NCBI GenBank assembly: GCA_965249135.1
Contig: OZ252220.1
Span: 1,990,056 to 2,054,055 of the forward strand
Source of the DNA: Alphaproteobacteria bacterium
GTDB taxonomy: Bacteria; Pseudomonadota; Alphaproteobacteria; GCA-2746255
DNA: 64,000 nucleotides
Direction of reading: 5' to 3'
Program-made: the position numbers and the translations under genes
Notes under the pieces: model-generated
What the model saw: the letters and a program-made list of their open reading frames with translations, nothing else
Database searches by the model: none
What the model was told of the DNA's origin: nothing
Shown: piece by piece, positions 46,238 to 55,401 of the stretch
How the letters are laid out: every line of letters begins with the position of its first letter
How positions within the stretch are numbered: position 1 is the stretch's first letter

Positions 46238-47296
46238 TCATGGGCGGGTCCCGCTGCCACGATTCGATATGGCGCACGGGTCAAGCGGCCAACGGGGCTT
46301 CGCCGCAAAATCGAGGCCGTCCGTTAACCCAAGACGAAGGCGTTCGATACCAGCCCAGGCGATCATCGCGCCATTGTCTGTACAAAGGTTCTGAGGCGGT
46401 ACGTGAAGCCGCATGCCTTCACCTTCGGCCAGTTCGGAAAGACGTGCCCGCAAATATTCGTTGGCGGCGACCCCGCCGGCGATGACGAAGGCCTCTTGGT
46501 TCGGATGACGTGCCAGGAATTGCTGGATTGCGTTTCTGGACCGATCTACCAGTACGTCGCCGATCGCCGCTTGGAAGGCGGCTGCGATATTCGCCAAATC
46601 TTCGGTTGGTTTGGGGCCCTTCGCGAGCTTTGCGACGGTTTGCCGGACGGCCGTTTTCAATCCAGAGAGGGAAAGGTCACATCCCTCCCGCCCGATCATC
46701 GGCCGCGGAAGATCGATGCCTTTCGCATCGCCTTTCTTGGCCAGCTCCTCAACCTTCGGGCCACCCGGATAGCCGAGACCAAGAAGCTTTGCCGTCTTGT
46801 CGAAGGCCTCTCCTACTGCATCGTCAATCGTAGAGCCAAGCAAAAGGTAATTGCCAACGCCTTCCGCGATCACAAACTGCGAATGCCCTCCGGAAACAAG
46901 AAGAAGGAGGTAAGGAAAATCGATATTTTCCAAAAGACGAAATGAAAGGGCATGTCCCTCCAGATGATTGATGGCGAGAAAGGGAAGTCCATGAAAGGCG
47001 GCGATGGCCTTTGCTGTCATTACACCCACTAGAAGGCCACCGATTAAACCGGGTCCAGCCGTCGCCGCAACGCCGTCAAGCTCATCGAATTCAAGCTCCG
47101 CGTCCGCTATGACCCCCGCCACGATTCCATCCAGATAATCGAGATGGGCACGCGCAGCGATCTCCGGAACAATGCCGCCATAGGGTTCGTGAGCCGCTAC
47201 CTGAGAATGGATGCACTCTGCCAGAACTTGGCGTTGGTCGTTTACGATTGCGGCGGCGGTCTCGTCACAACTGCTCTCTAAGCCAAGGACGATCAT
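46238..47296 (-). CDS. tsaD: tRNA N6-adenosine threonylcarbamoyltransferase TsaD
   Basis: Kae1/TsaD N-terminus MIVLGLESSCDETAAAIV and metal-binding His pair. Confidence 0.92.
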   Translation of the reverse strand: MIVLGLESSCDETAAAIVNDQRQVLAECIHSQVAAHEPYGGIVPEIAARAHLDYLDGIVAGVIADAELEFDELDGVAATAGPGLIGGLLVGVMTAKAIAAFHGLPFLAINHLEGHALSFRLLENIDFPYLLLLVSGGHSQFVIAEGVGNYLLLGSTIDDAVGEAFDKTAKLLGLGYPGGPKVEELAKKGDAKGIDLPRPMIGREGCDLSLSGLKTAVRQTVAKLAKGPKPTEDLANIAAAFQAAIGDVLVDRSRNAIQQFLARHPNQEAFVIAGGVAANEYLRARLSELAEGEGMRLHVPPQNLCTDNGAMIAWAGIERLRLGLTDGLDFAAKPRWPLDPCAISNRGSGTRP

Positions 47297-47399
47297 AGTT
47301 TTCTGTCACTATCCGCCTTTCAAAATGAAGGGGCGGATGATGGTTTTTCCCTTCCGTAATAACCACTTTACCTTGCGGGTCAGCAAGCACTACACACAT

Positions 47400-48344
47400 G
47401 GCATGGCCGAAAGAAAGCCCATTCGCATCGGCACGAGAGGTAGTAAGCTTGCGCGTGTCCAAGCAGAAGAGGTGATGAGCCGTCTGATGGCGGCCCATAC
47501 GGCGCTTGCCGAGCCGGAGGCGCTTGCGATCCAGGTCGTTCGGACGACCGGTGACCAGGTCCTCGACCGCCCACTCGCTGAGCTGGGCGGCAAGGGGCTC
47601 TTCACGAAAGAGATCGAGACGGCCTTGTTGGCAAACGAGATCGATCTTGCCGTCCATTCCATGAAGGACGTTCCGACCTGGCTGCCCGATGGGCTCGTTA
47701 TCGCCGGCTGTCTTCCTCGGGAAGACCCAAGGGATGCCTTCATTTCCCGCCGATATATAACATTTGCAGACCTACCGAGAAGGGCCATCTTGGCCACCTC
47801 TTCCCTTCGCCGCCAAGCGCAGGTCCTCAGTCGGCGATCCGACCTTCGGGTCGTACCCATGCGTGGGAATGTAGGAACCCGGCTTCGCAAGCTCTCGGAA
47901 GGGGAGGCGGATGCCATTCTTCTCGCCGTGGCCGGGCTCAAGCGGCTCAACCTTGCCGATCACGTCACCACCGTGCTTGAACCCGACGAGTTTTTGCCTG
48001 CTGCGGCGCAAGGGGCAATCGGGATCGAATGTCGAACCGATGACGATGCGCTCAAGTCTCTCCTTAAACCGATCTTCGATGTGAACACAGATTGTTGCAT
48101 CGCGGCCGAACGTGCAACCCTTGCCGCACTGGACGGTTCCTGTCGAACGCCGATTGCCGTGCTGGCAGAGCTCGTCGGCGAGGGCAAACTTTTCCTTCGT
48201 GCGATGGTTGCGCTGCCGGATGGCTCGCTTCGCTATGATGCGGAACGTCGCGGGCCGGTTGCGGACGCGGAAGCACTTGGCAAAGACGCAGGCGAAGAAC
48301 TTCGCGGCCGGGCAGGTCCGGATTTTTTTGCAGGGCTCGGCTGA
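47400..48344 (+). CDS. hemC: hydroxymethylbilane synthase (porphobilinogen deaminase)
   Basis: Start at MAERKPIRIGTRGSKLA; HemC domains throughout. The listed ORF begins spuriously at 47211. Confidence 0.9.
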   Translation, partial: GMAERKPIRIGTRGSKLARVQAEEVMSRLMAAHTALAEPEALAIQVVRTTGDQVLDRPLAELGGKGLFTKEIETALLANEIDLAVHSMKDVPTWLPDGLVIAGCLPREDPRDAFISRRYITFADLPRRAILATSSLRRQAQVLSRRSDLRVVPMRGNVGTRLRKLSEGEADAILLAVAGLKRLNLADHVTTVLEPDEFLPAAAQGAIGIECRTDDDALKSLLKPIFDVNTDCCIAAERATLAALDGSCRTPIAVLAELVGEGKLFLRAMVALPDGSLRYDAERRGPVADAEALGKDAGEELRGRAGPDFFAGLG

Positions 48345-48348
48345 CGAA

Positions 48349-49104
48349 ATGCAGGTTCTTTTAACCCGTCCGAAAGAAGACTCCGAAAGCCTTGCGGCCC
48401 TTCTTCAAGCGCGAGGAATCACAAGCCTTATCGAGCCGATGCTTACGATCCGCCCGCGTACCAACGTCCGGCTTTCGATCGACGATGTTCAGGCCTTTCT
48501 CCTTACGAGCGCAAATGGCGCACGTTCTTTGGCAGAAGCCACACCGGAACGAGGCCTTCCGGTCTATGCGGTTGGGAACGTAACGGCAGAGATCGCGTGC
48601 GCCCTTGGTTTCAGGGAGGTGCATAGTGCGGCTGGGGATGTGCGTGCATTGGCGGACCTCGTCGTGGAGCATGTGGACCCAAAGGCTGGCCCTCTCCTAC
48701 ATGCGGCAGGCAAGACGGTTACCGGTGATTTGGCGATGCAGCTCGCCGATCGTGGGTACGACATAGCGTGCAAGACACTCTATGACGCAACGCCGGCGGA
48801 GAGGATTTCCCCCACCGTTGCCGAGGCACTTCAGAAAAGAGAGATCACAGCGGTCCTTTTTTTCTCTCCCCGAACGGCGGCTGCCTTTGTTAGGCTAGCG
48901 AGCGAAGCCGGGCTTGCCCCTCACTGCGAACGGGTGTTTGCGCTCTGTCTCAGCCCCGCGGTGGCCAGAGAGGCAGATGCCATCCGTTGGCAAGAACTGC
49001 GGGTATCCGCACATCCGGATGTAGCTTCCCTTCTTCGTGATCTTGATGACGTTGCGAATCACGCAGGCAAACGAAAACTCGGTAAAACTGGCCAAAACCG
49101 ATGA
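48349..49104 (+). CDS. hemD: uroporphyrinogen-III synthase
   Basis: Start at MQVLLTRP; HemD fold; immediately after hemC. Confidence 0.8.
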   Translation: MQVLLTRPKEDSESLAALLQARGITSLIEPMLTIRPRTNVRLSIDDVQAFLLTSANGARSLAEATPERGLPVYAVGNVTAEIACALGFREVHSAAGDVRALADLVVEHVDPKAGPLLHAAGKTVTGDLAMQLADRGYDIACKTLYDATPAERISPTVAEALQKREITAVLFFSPRTAAAFVRLASEAGLAPHCERVFALCLSPAVAREADAIRWQELRVSAHPDVASLLRDLDDVANHAGKRKLGKTGQNR

Positions 49105-50099
49105 ATGATCAAGAAAGTCCGACGACGAAAGCCAACGCAACGCCTGCACAAAAGAAAGGCCGGGTGCTTTGGATCGCCGCTCTTTTGTTGCTGGTGGGTC
49201 TCGGCGCGCTTTACTACTACGTTCCCTTGTCGAAGGAGCTTGCCGGATTGACAGCGACCGTGCCGCTTCCAAAAGCGTCGGAAACCCTTTCCGAGAGAAT
49301 TACCGCCCTTGAAGAGATGCTGGCGACTCTTCCGCAAGCTTCTCCAGATTCGAGTTCGACATTGAATGCGATCGAAGCCGACATAGCCTCGCTCGACGCT
49401 CGGCTTGCCGCCCTCGAACAAAGAGCGACGCAAAATCCAAGCGGGAAAGAGACAGGGACTCTTAAACCAGAGACCGAAAAACTCCGAAACGAGCTTCAGA
49501 ATCTTTCCTCGCGACTTGCAAACCTTGAGCGCGCTCCGGAAAAAGCCGCTTCGATTGACGTTCCCATGAACCCGCGCCTTCGCGCCGTCGAGGATCTCCG
49601 GGAGGGCCTTTGGGAGTATGGGCCCTTCAGCGAACGGTTAGCCGTTCTCTTATCGGTAGCGGGCGATGATCCGGTGGTGATGGAGGTGCTTGCGCCTATT
49701 ACCGCTTATGCGGATCAGGGAATCCCAACGCTTCCGATGCTTCGCGTGCGATTCGATGACATGGCCGCGGCCGCGCTTGAAGCCGGATGGAAGAAGCCGG
49801 AAGCCGACTGGCGGGAAAGGATTCTTGCAAACCTTGCCAGCGTCGTGACGATTCGACGGACCGGGGATCTGGAAGGCGACGACCTGGAAGCGGTGCTCGC
49901 GCGTGCGGAAGTGGCCCTTAATTCTGGCGATCTTGAACGCACCGTTTCCCTTCTCGAGGGAATCGGAGAACCGGCCTTGAAAGCAGCGGAATCCTGGTTC
50001 CGTGATGCCCGTGCCCGCCTTGCGGCAGAGACCGCGATACGGCGTTTACGGCAGGTGGCTTTCTCGAAGGGAAAAACACCGACGGAATCGCAACAATGA
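49101..50099 (+). CDS. alphaproteobacterial Mic60/mitofilin-like membrane protein (HemX-position gene)
   Basis: N-terminal TM anchor, long coiled-coil, C-terminal mitofilin-like region. Conserved position between hemD and the hemY-like gene. Confidence 0.65.
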   Translation: MNDQESPTTKANATPAQKKGRVLWIAALLLLVGLGALYYYVPLSKELAGLTATVPLPKASETLSERITALEEMLATLPQASPDSSSTLNAIEADIASLDARLAALEQRATQNPSGKETGTLKPETEKLRNELQNLSSRLANLERAPEKAASIDVPMNPRLRAVEDLREGLWEYGPFSERLAVLLSVAGDDPVVMEVLAPITAYADQGIPTLPMLRVRFDDMAAAALEAGWKKPEADWRERILANLASVVTIRRTGDLEGDDLEAVLARAEVALNSGDLERTVSLLEGIGEPALKAAESWFRDARARLAAETAIRRLRQVAFSKGKTPTESQQ

Positions 50100-51475
50100 T
50101 TCGCGCTTTCGTGTTCTTTCTGATTCTTGCGATTCTTGTCGTGCTTACGGCATGGGTTGTTGAGCATCCTGGAGCCGTCCTTGTTACGTTTGGCGAATAC
50201 CGTCTTCGTACCTCGGTTGGCTTTCTGGTCGTCGCAGCTGCATTGCTTGCATTTGCCATGACCTTCCTCGATCGAATCTGGCGTTATCTTGCGGTAGCAC
50301 CTCACCGGATCGCCCTTGCCTTTCAGGAAAACCGTCGCCGGCGTGGCTACCGGGCACTCACTCAGGGCATGGTCGCGGCGGCGGCGGGGGATGCGGACGA
50401 AGCCGGCCGCCAGGCCAAACGGGCGGAGGGGCTTTTGCATGATCCGCCGCTTACCATGCTGCTTTCCGCGCAAGCCGCCCAACTGAGTGGCGATGAAGGC
50501 GCGGCGACCGGCTATTTCGAATTGATGCTTAACCACCCTGAGATGGCGTTTCTCGGTATCCGCGGCCTTTTCATGCAGGCCCTTCGAGAAGGGGACGAGG
50601 AAAACGCTCTCCGGCTCGCCCAGCGCGCCTATGAGCTTCATCCTAAGACGCCATGGGTCGTTCAGGCGCTCTTCGATCTGCAGGTGCGCGCCGGCAGGTG
50701 GGAGGAAGCCGAAGCAACGCTCAAGGATGCGACGTCACGAAAGGCGATTCCGACTACCGAAGGCAAACGGCAAACGGCCGTTCTTCTGCTTCGCCAAAGC
50801 GAAATTGCGGAAGGGCAGAGACGGGACCACGAAGCGCGGCGCTTCGCTCAGGATGCCTTGAAGCTGGCGCCCGATTTCGCGCCGGTGGCGGCCCACTGTG
50901 CACGGCTCTCTGCAAAGGAGGGGGATGTGCATCGCGCCGAAAAGACGATTGAAAAAGCATGGTCAAAAGTACCGCATCCGGATCTTGCCGCTACCTATCT
51001 GGAAATATTTTCAGCTGAAGACGCATTGGAACGTCTGAAACGAATTGAGAAATTGGTGGCACTCTATCCCGATCATCCGGAAAGCCATCTTGCCATTGCA
51101 GAGGCGGCGATCGCCGCGAAGATTTGGGGCGAAGCTAGAAATCACCTAGCAGAAGCAATCGCAGCCATGCCATCGGTGCGTGCCTTTCGAAAAATGGCGG
51201 AACTTGAAGAGGCAGAAGCGGGAAAAGGGCGCACAGCCGAGCAATGGCGTACACGTGCCACCGAAGCGTCGGCGGACAACATGTGGGTGTGTGCAAATTG
51301 TGGCGCGATTGCCGAATCTTGGTCCCCGACTTGTGCAAATTGTGGGGGGTTTGATGGCTTTCGATGGCGTTCCCCAAGGCTTGGTAGTATCGAGAGCACC
51401 GCTGCGTTTCGACGCCGTAGAGCCGGTCGAAGTAGCTGGTTTCCTAGAGAAAATTTAGCAATGCCTAACCGTTGA
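50096..51475 (+). CDS. HemY_N-domain TPR membrane protein with C-terminal zinc-ribbon
   Basis: Two TM helices; HemY_N region; TPR-like repeats; CANCG...CANCGG near the C-terminus. Confidence 0.75.
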   Translation: MIRAFVFFLILAILVVLTAWVVEHPGAVLVTFGEYRLRTSVGFLVVAAALLAFAMTFLDRIWRYLAVAPHRIALAFQENRRRRGYRALTQGMVAAAAGDADEAGRQAKRAEGLLHDPPLTMLLSAQAAQLSGDEGAATGYFELMLNHPEMAFLGIRGLFMQALREGDEENALRLAQRAYELHPKTPWVVQALFDLQVRAGRWEEAEATLKDATSRKAIPTTEGKRQTAVLLLRQSEIAEGQRRDHEARRFAQDALKLAPDFAPVAAHCARLSAKEGDVHRAEKTIEKAWSKVPHPDLAATYLEIFSAEDALERLKRIEKLVALYPDHPESHLAIAEAAIAAKIWGEARNHLAEAIAAMPSVRAFRKMAELEEAEAGKGRTAEQWRTRATEASADNMWVCANCGAIAESWSPTCANCGGFDGFRWRSPRLGSIESTAAFRRRRAGRSSWFPRENLAMPNR

Positions 51476-51497
51476 CGTGGCGATTTTCTGCCGCTAC

Positions 51498-51525
51498 CTT
51501 CGCCGCCTTCGCCGCCTTCGCCGCG
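51498..51525. repeat. 9-bp tandem repeat (cttcgccgc x3) abutting the 5' end of tRNA-Thr
   Basis: Read directly. Confidence 0.8.
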
Positions 51526-51595
51526 TTAGCTCAGTTGGTAGAGCACAGCATTCGTAATGCTGGGGTCGTAAGTTCGAGTCTTACACGCGGCACCA
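51520..51595 (+). tRNA. tRNA-Thr (anticodon CGU)
   Basis: Cloverleaf. Acceptor stem gccgcgt/acgcggc plus CCA. D-loop agctcagttggtagagc. Anticodon stem cagca/tgctg with loop ttCGTaa. T-arm ggttcgagtcc-like (aagttcgagtctta). Confidence 0.9.
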
Positions 51596-51715
51596 TTTAA
51601 CCTCCACTTCCCGAGACGCGCCCGGTGCGCTAGACTGTGCCTTCGCTTCCGGCGTCGTTCGCGAATCGAACGACGCAGTGCGGAGGCGTGATTGTGTATT
51701 TGGAGTTGCAGTCTA

Positions 51716-51925
51716 ATGTCAGTAGGAACGGTGAAGTGGTTCAACCCGGCCAAAGGATACGGTTTTATTCAACCAGAGGACGGCTCGAAGGATGTGTTTG
51801 TGCATATCTCGGCCGTGCAGCGTGCGGGTTTGAATACATTAACCGAAGGACAGCGGGTTGAGTACGAGCTTGTGCCCGGCAAGAATGGTCGGTCTGCAGC
51901 CGAGAATTTGGTTGTCAGCGAGTAA
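51716..51925 (+). CDS. cspA: cold-shock protein, CspA family
   Basis: [20 protein letters not shown] with RNP1/RNP2 motifs; GGAG RBS. Confidence 0.92.
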   Translation: MSVGTVKWFNPAKGYGFIQPEDGSKDVFVHISAVQRAGLNTLTEGQRVEYELVPGKNGRSAAENLVVSE

Positions 51926-51960
51926 TCGCGGCAAGCTACTCCACCACCGCTAAAGGTTTC

Positions 51961-51980
51961 TGACGGCCGGCGTCGTTTTT
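51961..51980 (+). terminator. weak putative intrinsic terminator after the csp gene (short GC hairpin + T5)
   Basis: tgacggccggcgtcgttttt. Confidence 0.35.
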
Positions 51981-52135
51981 CACTTCCGTGACATTCTCAG
52001 TCGGCAAGCCCTTGGTTCCTCAAGTGGGGTTCCGGCGAAAGGCGGCTGCGCCCGCAAACCTGGTGCCCTTAGACGGCTAGTTGTGGCCGAGGATTAGGGC
52101 CTTGACAGGGTTTCCCGGGCACGCTATTTTGGTTG

Positions 52136-52161
52136 CGATTGAGAATGATTTGCAATCTCAT
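52136..52161. promoter_or_regulatory. Fur-box-like imperfect palindrome gattgagaatgatttgcaatctcatc upstream of the cupredoxin-FTR1 operon
   Basis: 13/19 match to GATAATGATAATCATTATC. Dyad symmetry gattg...caatc. Lies 28 bp upstream of the ATG of the first iron-uptake gene. Confidence 0.45.
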
Positions 52162-52188
52162 CTAGCAATAGATCCTTACGGATCTGAG

Positions 52189-52542
52189 ATGAAACGACCA
52201 ATTTATCAAAGACTTGGATATTTAACGGCGACCCTGTTCTTGGCCTTGGCCCTCTCCATTGGCCCGCTCTTGGCCGGCGATGAGGTCTACACGATCACCA
52301 TTAAGGACCACCGGTTCGATCCAGTCGATCTGGAGATTCCTGCCGGCAAGAAGGTGAAGCTGCTCATCAAGAATCTCGACCCCACCCCGGAGGAGTTTGA
52401 AAGTTACGACCTCAACCGCGAGAAGATCATCGCTGGTGGCCGGGAAGGAACCGTCTATGTCGGACCGCTGGATCCGGGGACCTATGAATATTTCGGTGAG
52501 TTCAACCCGGACACGGCCCAAGGCCGCATCATCGCCAAGTAA
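52189..52542 (+). CDS. periplasmic cupredoxin-like protein (FtrB/EfeO-N-like), first gene of the FTR1 iron-uptake operon
   Basis: Start MKRPIYQRL with signal peptide; cupredoxin-like beta-sandwich sequence. Precedes the FTR1 permease. Confidence 0.7.
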   Translation: MKRPIYQRLGYLTATLFLALALSIGPLLAGDEVYTITIKDHRFDPVDLEIPAGKKVKLLIKNLDPTPEEFESYDLNREKIIAGGREGTVYVGPLDPGTYEYFGEFNPDTAQGRIIAK

Positions 52543-52564
52543 CCATTAGCCTTTTTGAAAAACC

Positions 52565-53446
52565 ATGCTCGCCAGTGCCCTGATCCTGTTTCGCGAAGTT
52601 TTCGAGGCGGCCCTCATCATCGGGATCGTTATGGCGGCGACGAAAGGGGTCTCCGGACGTAGCCGCTGGGTGCTCTATGGCATCGGCGGCGGCCTTGCCG
52701 GCGCCTCGCTGGTCGCGGCCTTTGCGCAAACGATCGGCGATGCGGCAGAAGGCATGGGTCAGGAATATTTCAACGCCGGCGTGCTGTTCCTCGCCGTCGT
52801 CATGCTCGGCTGGCACAACGTCTGGATGAGCCGCCACGGCCGCAAGATCACCAGCCAGATGAACGAGATGGGAAAAGCGGTTTCCTTGGGCGCCCGTCCG
52901 CTTTACGTGCTTGCCACCGTCGTCGGGCTTGCCACCCTGCGGGAGGGCTCCGAGATTGTGCTCTTCCTTTACGGTATTGCGCTCAGCGGCGCCGCCGCGA
53001 TGGAAATGCTGATCGGCAGCGCAGGGGGGCTGGCCGGTGGCGTAGCGGTCGGCTTCGCCCTTTATTTCGGTCTCCTGCGCATTCCGACGAAGCATCTCTT
53101 CACCGTGACGAACTGGATGATCCTGTTACTGGCTGCCGGGCTCGCCTCCCAAGGCGCCCACTACCTTGTTCAGGCAGGCGTCCTGCCCACGTTCGGCCAG
53201 ACGATCTGGGATAGCTCCCATCTCCTTTCCGAACGCAGCATGCTGGGTCAACTCCTTCATACATTGATCGGTTACAGCGCCCGGCCGGACGGTATCCAGC
53301 TCGTCTTTTATATCGTGACCTTGATTGTCATCGGTGCGCTGATGCAGCTCTATGGCGGCACAGCCATGCCGAAGCCGAACGCAGCCCTACGCACGATGGC
53401 AGCGCCTGCTGTCGGCGGGTCTTCTTCTTGCCGGCAGCGCCTCTAA
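52565..53446 (+). CDS. FTR1-family high-affinity iron permease (EfeU/FtrC-like)
   Basis: REGxE motif (LREGSEIVLFL) and a second ExxE-type region; 7-TM topology. Confidence 0.85.
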   Translation: MLASALILFREVFEAALIIGIVMAATKGVSGRSRWVLYGIGGGLAGASLVAAFAQTIGDAAEGMGQEYFNAGVLFLAVVMLGWHNVWMSRHGRKITSQMNEMGKAVSLGARPLYVLATVVGLATLREGSEIVLFLYGIALSGAAAMEMLIGSAGGLAGGVAVGFALYFGLLRIPTKHLFTVTNWMILLLAAGLASQGAHYLVQAGVLPTFGQTIWDSSHLLSERSMLGQLLHTLIGYSARPDGIQLVFYIVTLIVIGALMQLYGGTAMPKPNAALRTMAAPAVGGSSSCRQRL

Positions 53447-54133
53447 GGCACATGCGACCCATAAGGTCTATTCACCGCATGTCGAAGAGGGCGAAGCAGA
53501 GATCGAATTGCGAAGTCATGTGGACTTCGATGGCAATTCCTCGAAGAACAAGAAAAACAAACACAAGCTCGATCTTGGTTATGGCTTCACGGATTTCTGG
53601 TGGCAGGAAGTCGTTTTTGAATATGAACAGGTACAGGGAGAGAGCCTGAACTTTGAAGCGGTCGAGTTCGAAAGTGTTTTTCAATTAACGCCGCAGGGCG
53701 CCTACTACGCCGATCTTGGGCTATATGTCGAATATTCCCTCGCCGATGATGCAGGCAAGGCCGACAAGGTGAAGCTCGGCCCCATTTTCCAAAAGGGCTT
53801 CGGACGGACGCTGATCACCTTCAACACGTTCTTCAGGAAAGAAATTGGTGCGAACCAGGAAAAGGAACTCGAATTCGAGTATGGCTGGCAGGCAAAGTAT
53901 CGCTTTATGCCTGAGTTCGAGTTTGGCTTGGAGGCCTTCGGTAAACCCGGCGAGATCAACGACTTCAAGGCTGTCTCCGCACAAGAGCACCAGCTTGGCC
54001 CGGTCATTTACGGGAAATTCCCCTTAACGAACATGACCGCCTTCAAATACGAGGCAGGCCTGCTGTTCGGCCTCACGAGTGCTCCCCGAACACCACCTTC
54101 AAGTGGCTCTTGGAATACGAATTCCGCCTTTAA
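53352..54133 (+). CDS. putative outer-membrane beta-barrel protein, frameshift at C4 run ~54084-54087 (the listed ORF 53352..54227 ends in junk; the shifted frame ends ...FKWLLEYEFRL)
   Basis: Signal peptide; alternating amphipathic beta-strand pattern rich in Y/F/G. Restoring one C gives a barrel-like aromatic C-terminus. Confidence 0.5.
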
Positions 54134-54138
54134 AAAGC

Positions 54139-55401
54139 TTAGGAAAGCCAATCGGGGACCGATTCCCGAGCGAGGATCGATTCGACCGTCGGTCGCGGGC
54201 GAATCACCGCAAACCGGTCGCCATTGACCAGCACCTCCGGTACAAGCGGGCGCGTGTTGTACTCGGATGCCATGACGGCGCCGTAGGCCCCGGCCGAGCG
54301 AATGGCCAGCAGGTCTCCCGTCTGGACCGGCGGCAAGGGCTGGCCGCTTGCGAAAATGTCGCTGCTCTCGCAGACCGGGCCTACGATCTCGACCGGCTCC
54401 TGGTGATCGGCAGCCCCTGGCTCCGCCACGGGCTCGACGCGATGGGAGGCACCGTAAAGAGCCGGCCGGAGCAGGTCGTTCATGGCCGCGTCCACGATGA
54501 CGAAGGGGCGCTCCGAGCCTGCCTTTACGTGGATAACCCGCGTTACCAAGATCCCGGCATTGCCGGCAATCAGCCGGCCCGGTTCGAGGATCAATCGGCA
54601 ATCGAGTGGCGCCGTTACCTGCCGGATCAGATCCGCATATTCCGAAGGCTCCGGAGGGAGTTCGTCACCATAGGGAATGCCAAGCCCGCCTCCGAGATCG
54701 AGCCGTTCGATCCGATGGCCATCTTCCTTAAGGGTCGTCACGAGCTCGGCCACCCGTGCGAAGGCGGCACGAAACGGCGCCAGGTCGACAAGCTGCGATC
54801 CGATATGAACGGCGATGCCGACGACCTCGATTCCGGGCAGGCTGGCGGCCAGCGCACAGGCGTTCTCGATGTGCTCCCTTTCGATACCGAACTTGTCTTC
54901 TCGACGCCCGGTCGCAATCTTCTGGTGGGTTTGGGGATCGACGTCCGGGTTCACGCGCAGTGCCACCGGGGCTTGCACGCCGCGCGCACTGGCCAGCTCG
55001 CTTAAGGCCTCCAGCTCGGCCTCCGATTCGACGTTGAACTGCAGGATCTGCGAATCGAGCGCATGAGCCATCTCCTCCCTTGTCTTGCCGACGCCGGAAA
55101 AGACGATTCGTTCCGCCGGGATCCCCGCCGCCAGCGCGCGCTGGAGTTCGCCACCCGAGACGACATCAGCGCCGGCGCCAAGCTCGGCCAGCGTACGAAG
55201 CACCGCCTGGTTCGAATTCGCTTTTACGGCATAGCAGATCGTCGCATTCTGGCCTTCGAAGGCAGCCTCGAACACGCCGTAATGGCGAACTAGCGTCGCC
55301 GTCGAATAACAATAAAACGGCGTACCGATCGCCTCGGCGATGCGGGGGATCGGTACCTCCTCGGCGGAGAGCACCCCGTCGCGATAGATAAAATGGTTCA
55401 T
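54139..55401 (-). CDS. lysA: diaminopimelate decarboxylase
   Basis: 420 aa, PLP-dependent Orn/DAP decarboxylase fold; canonical LysA. Confidence 0.92.
   Translation of the reverse strand: MNHFIYRDGVLSAEEVPIPRIAEAIGTPFYCYSTATLVRHYGVFEAAFEGQNATICYAVKANSNQAVLRTLAELGAGADVVSGGELQRALAAGIPAERIVFSGVGKTREEMAHALDSQILQFNVESEAELEALSELASARGVQAPVALRVNPDVDPQTHQKIATGRREDKFGIEREHIENACALAASLPGIEVVGIAVHIGSQLVDLAPFRAAFARVAELVTTLKEDGHRIERLDLGGGLGIPYGDELPPEPSEYADLIRQVTAPLDCRLILEPGRLIAGNAGILVTRVIHVKAGSERPFVIVDAAMNDLLRPALYGASHRVEPVAEPGAADHQEPVEIVGPVCESSDIFASGQPLPPVQTGDLLAIRSAGAYGAVMASEYNTRPLVPEVLVNGDRFAVIRPRPTVESILARESVPDWLS

Noticed and set aside
54079-55005. 308-aa plus-strand ORF
   Set aside because: It is antisense to lysA. 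The ORFs at 55950-56546 and 56159-56977 over argH and 47390-47950 over hemC are likewise discarded as overlap artefacts of high GC.
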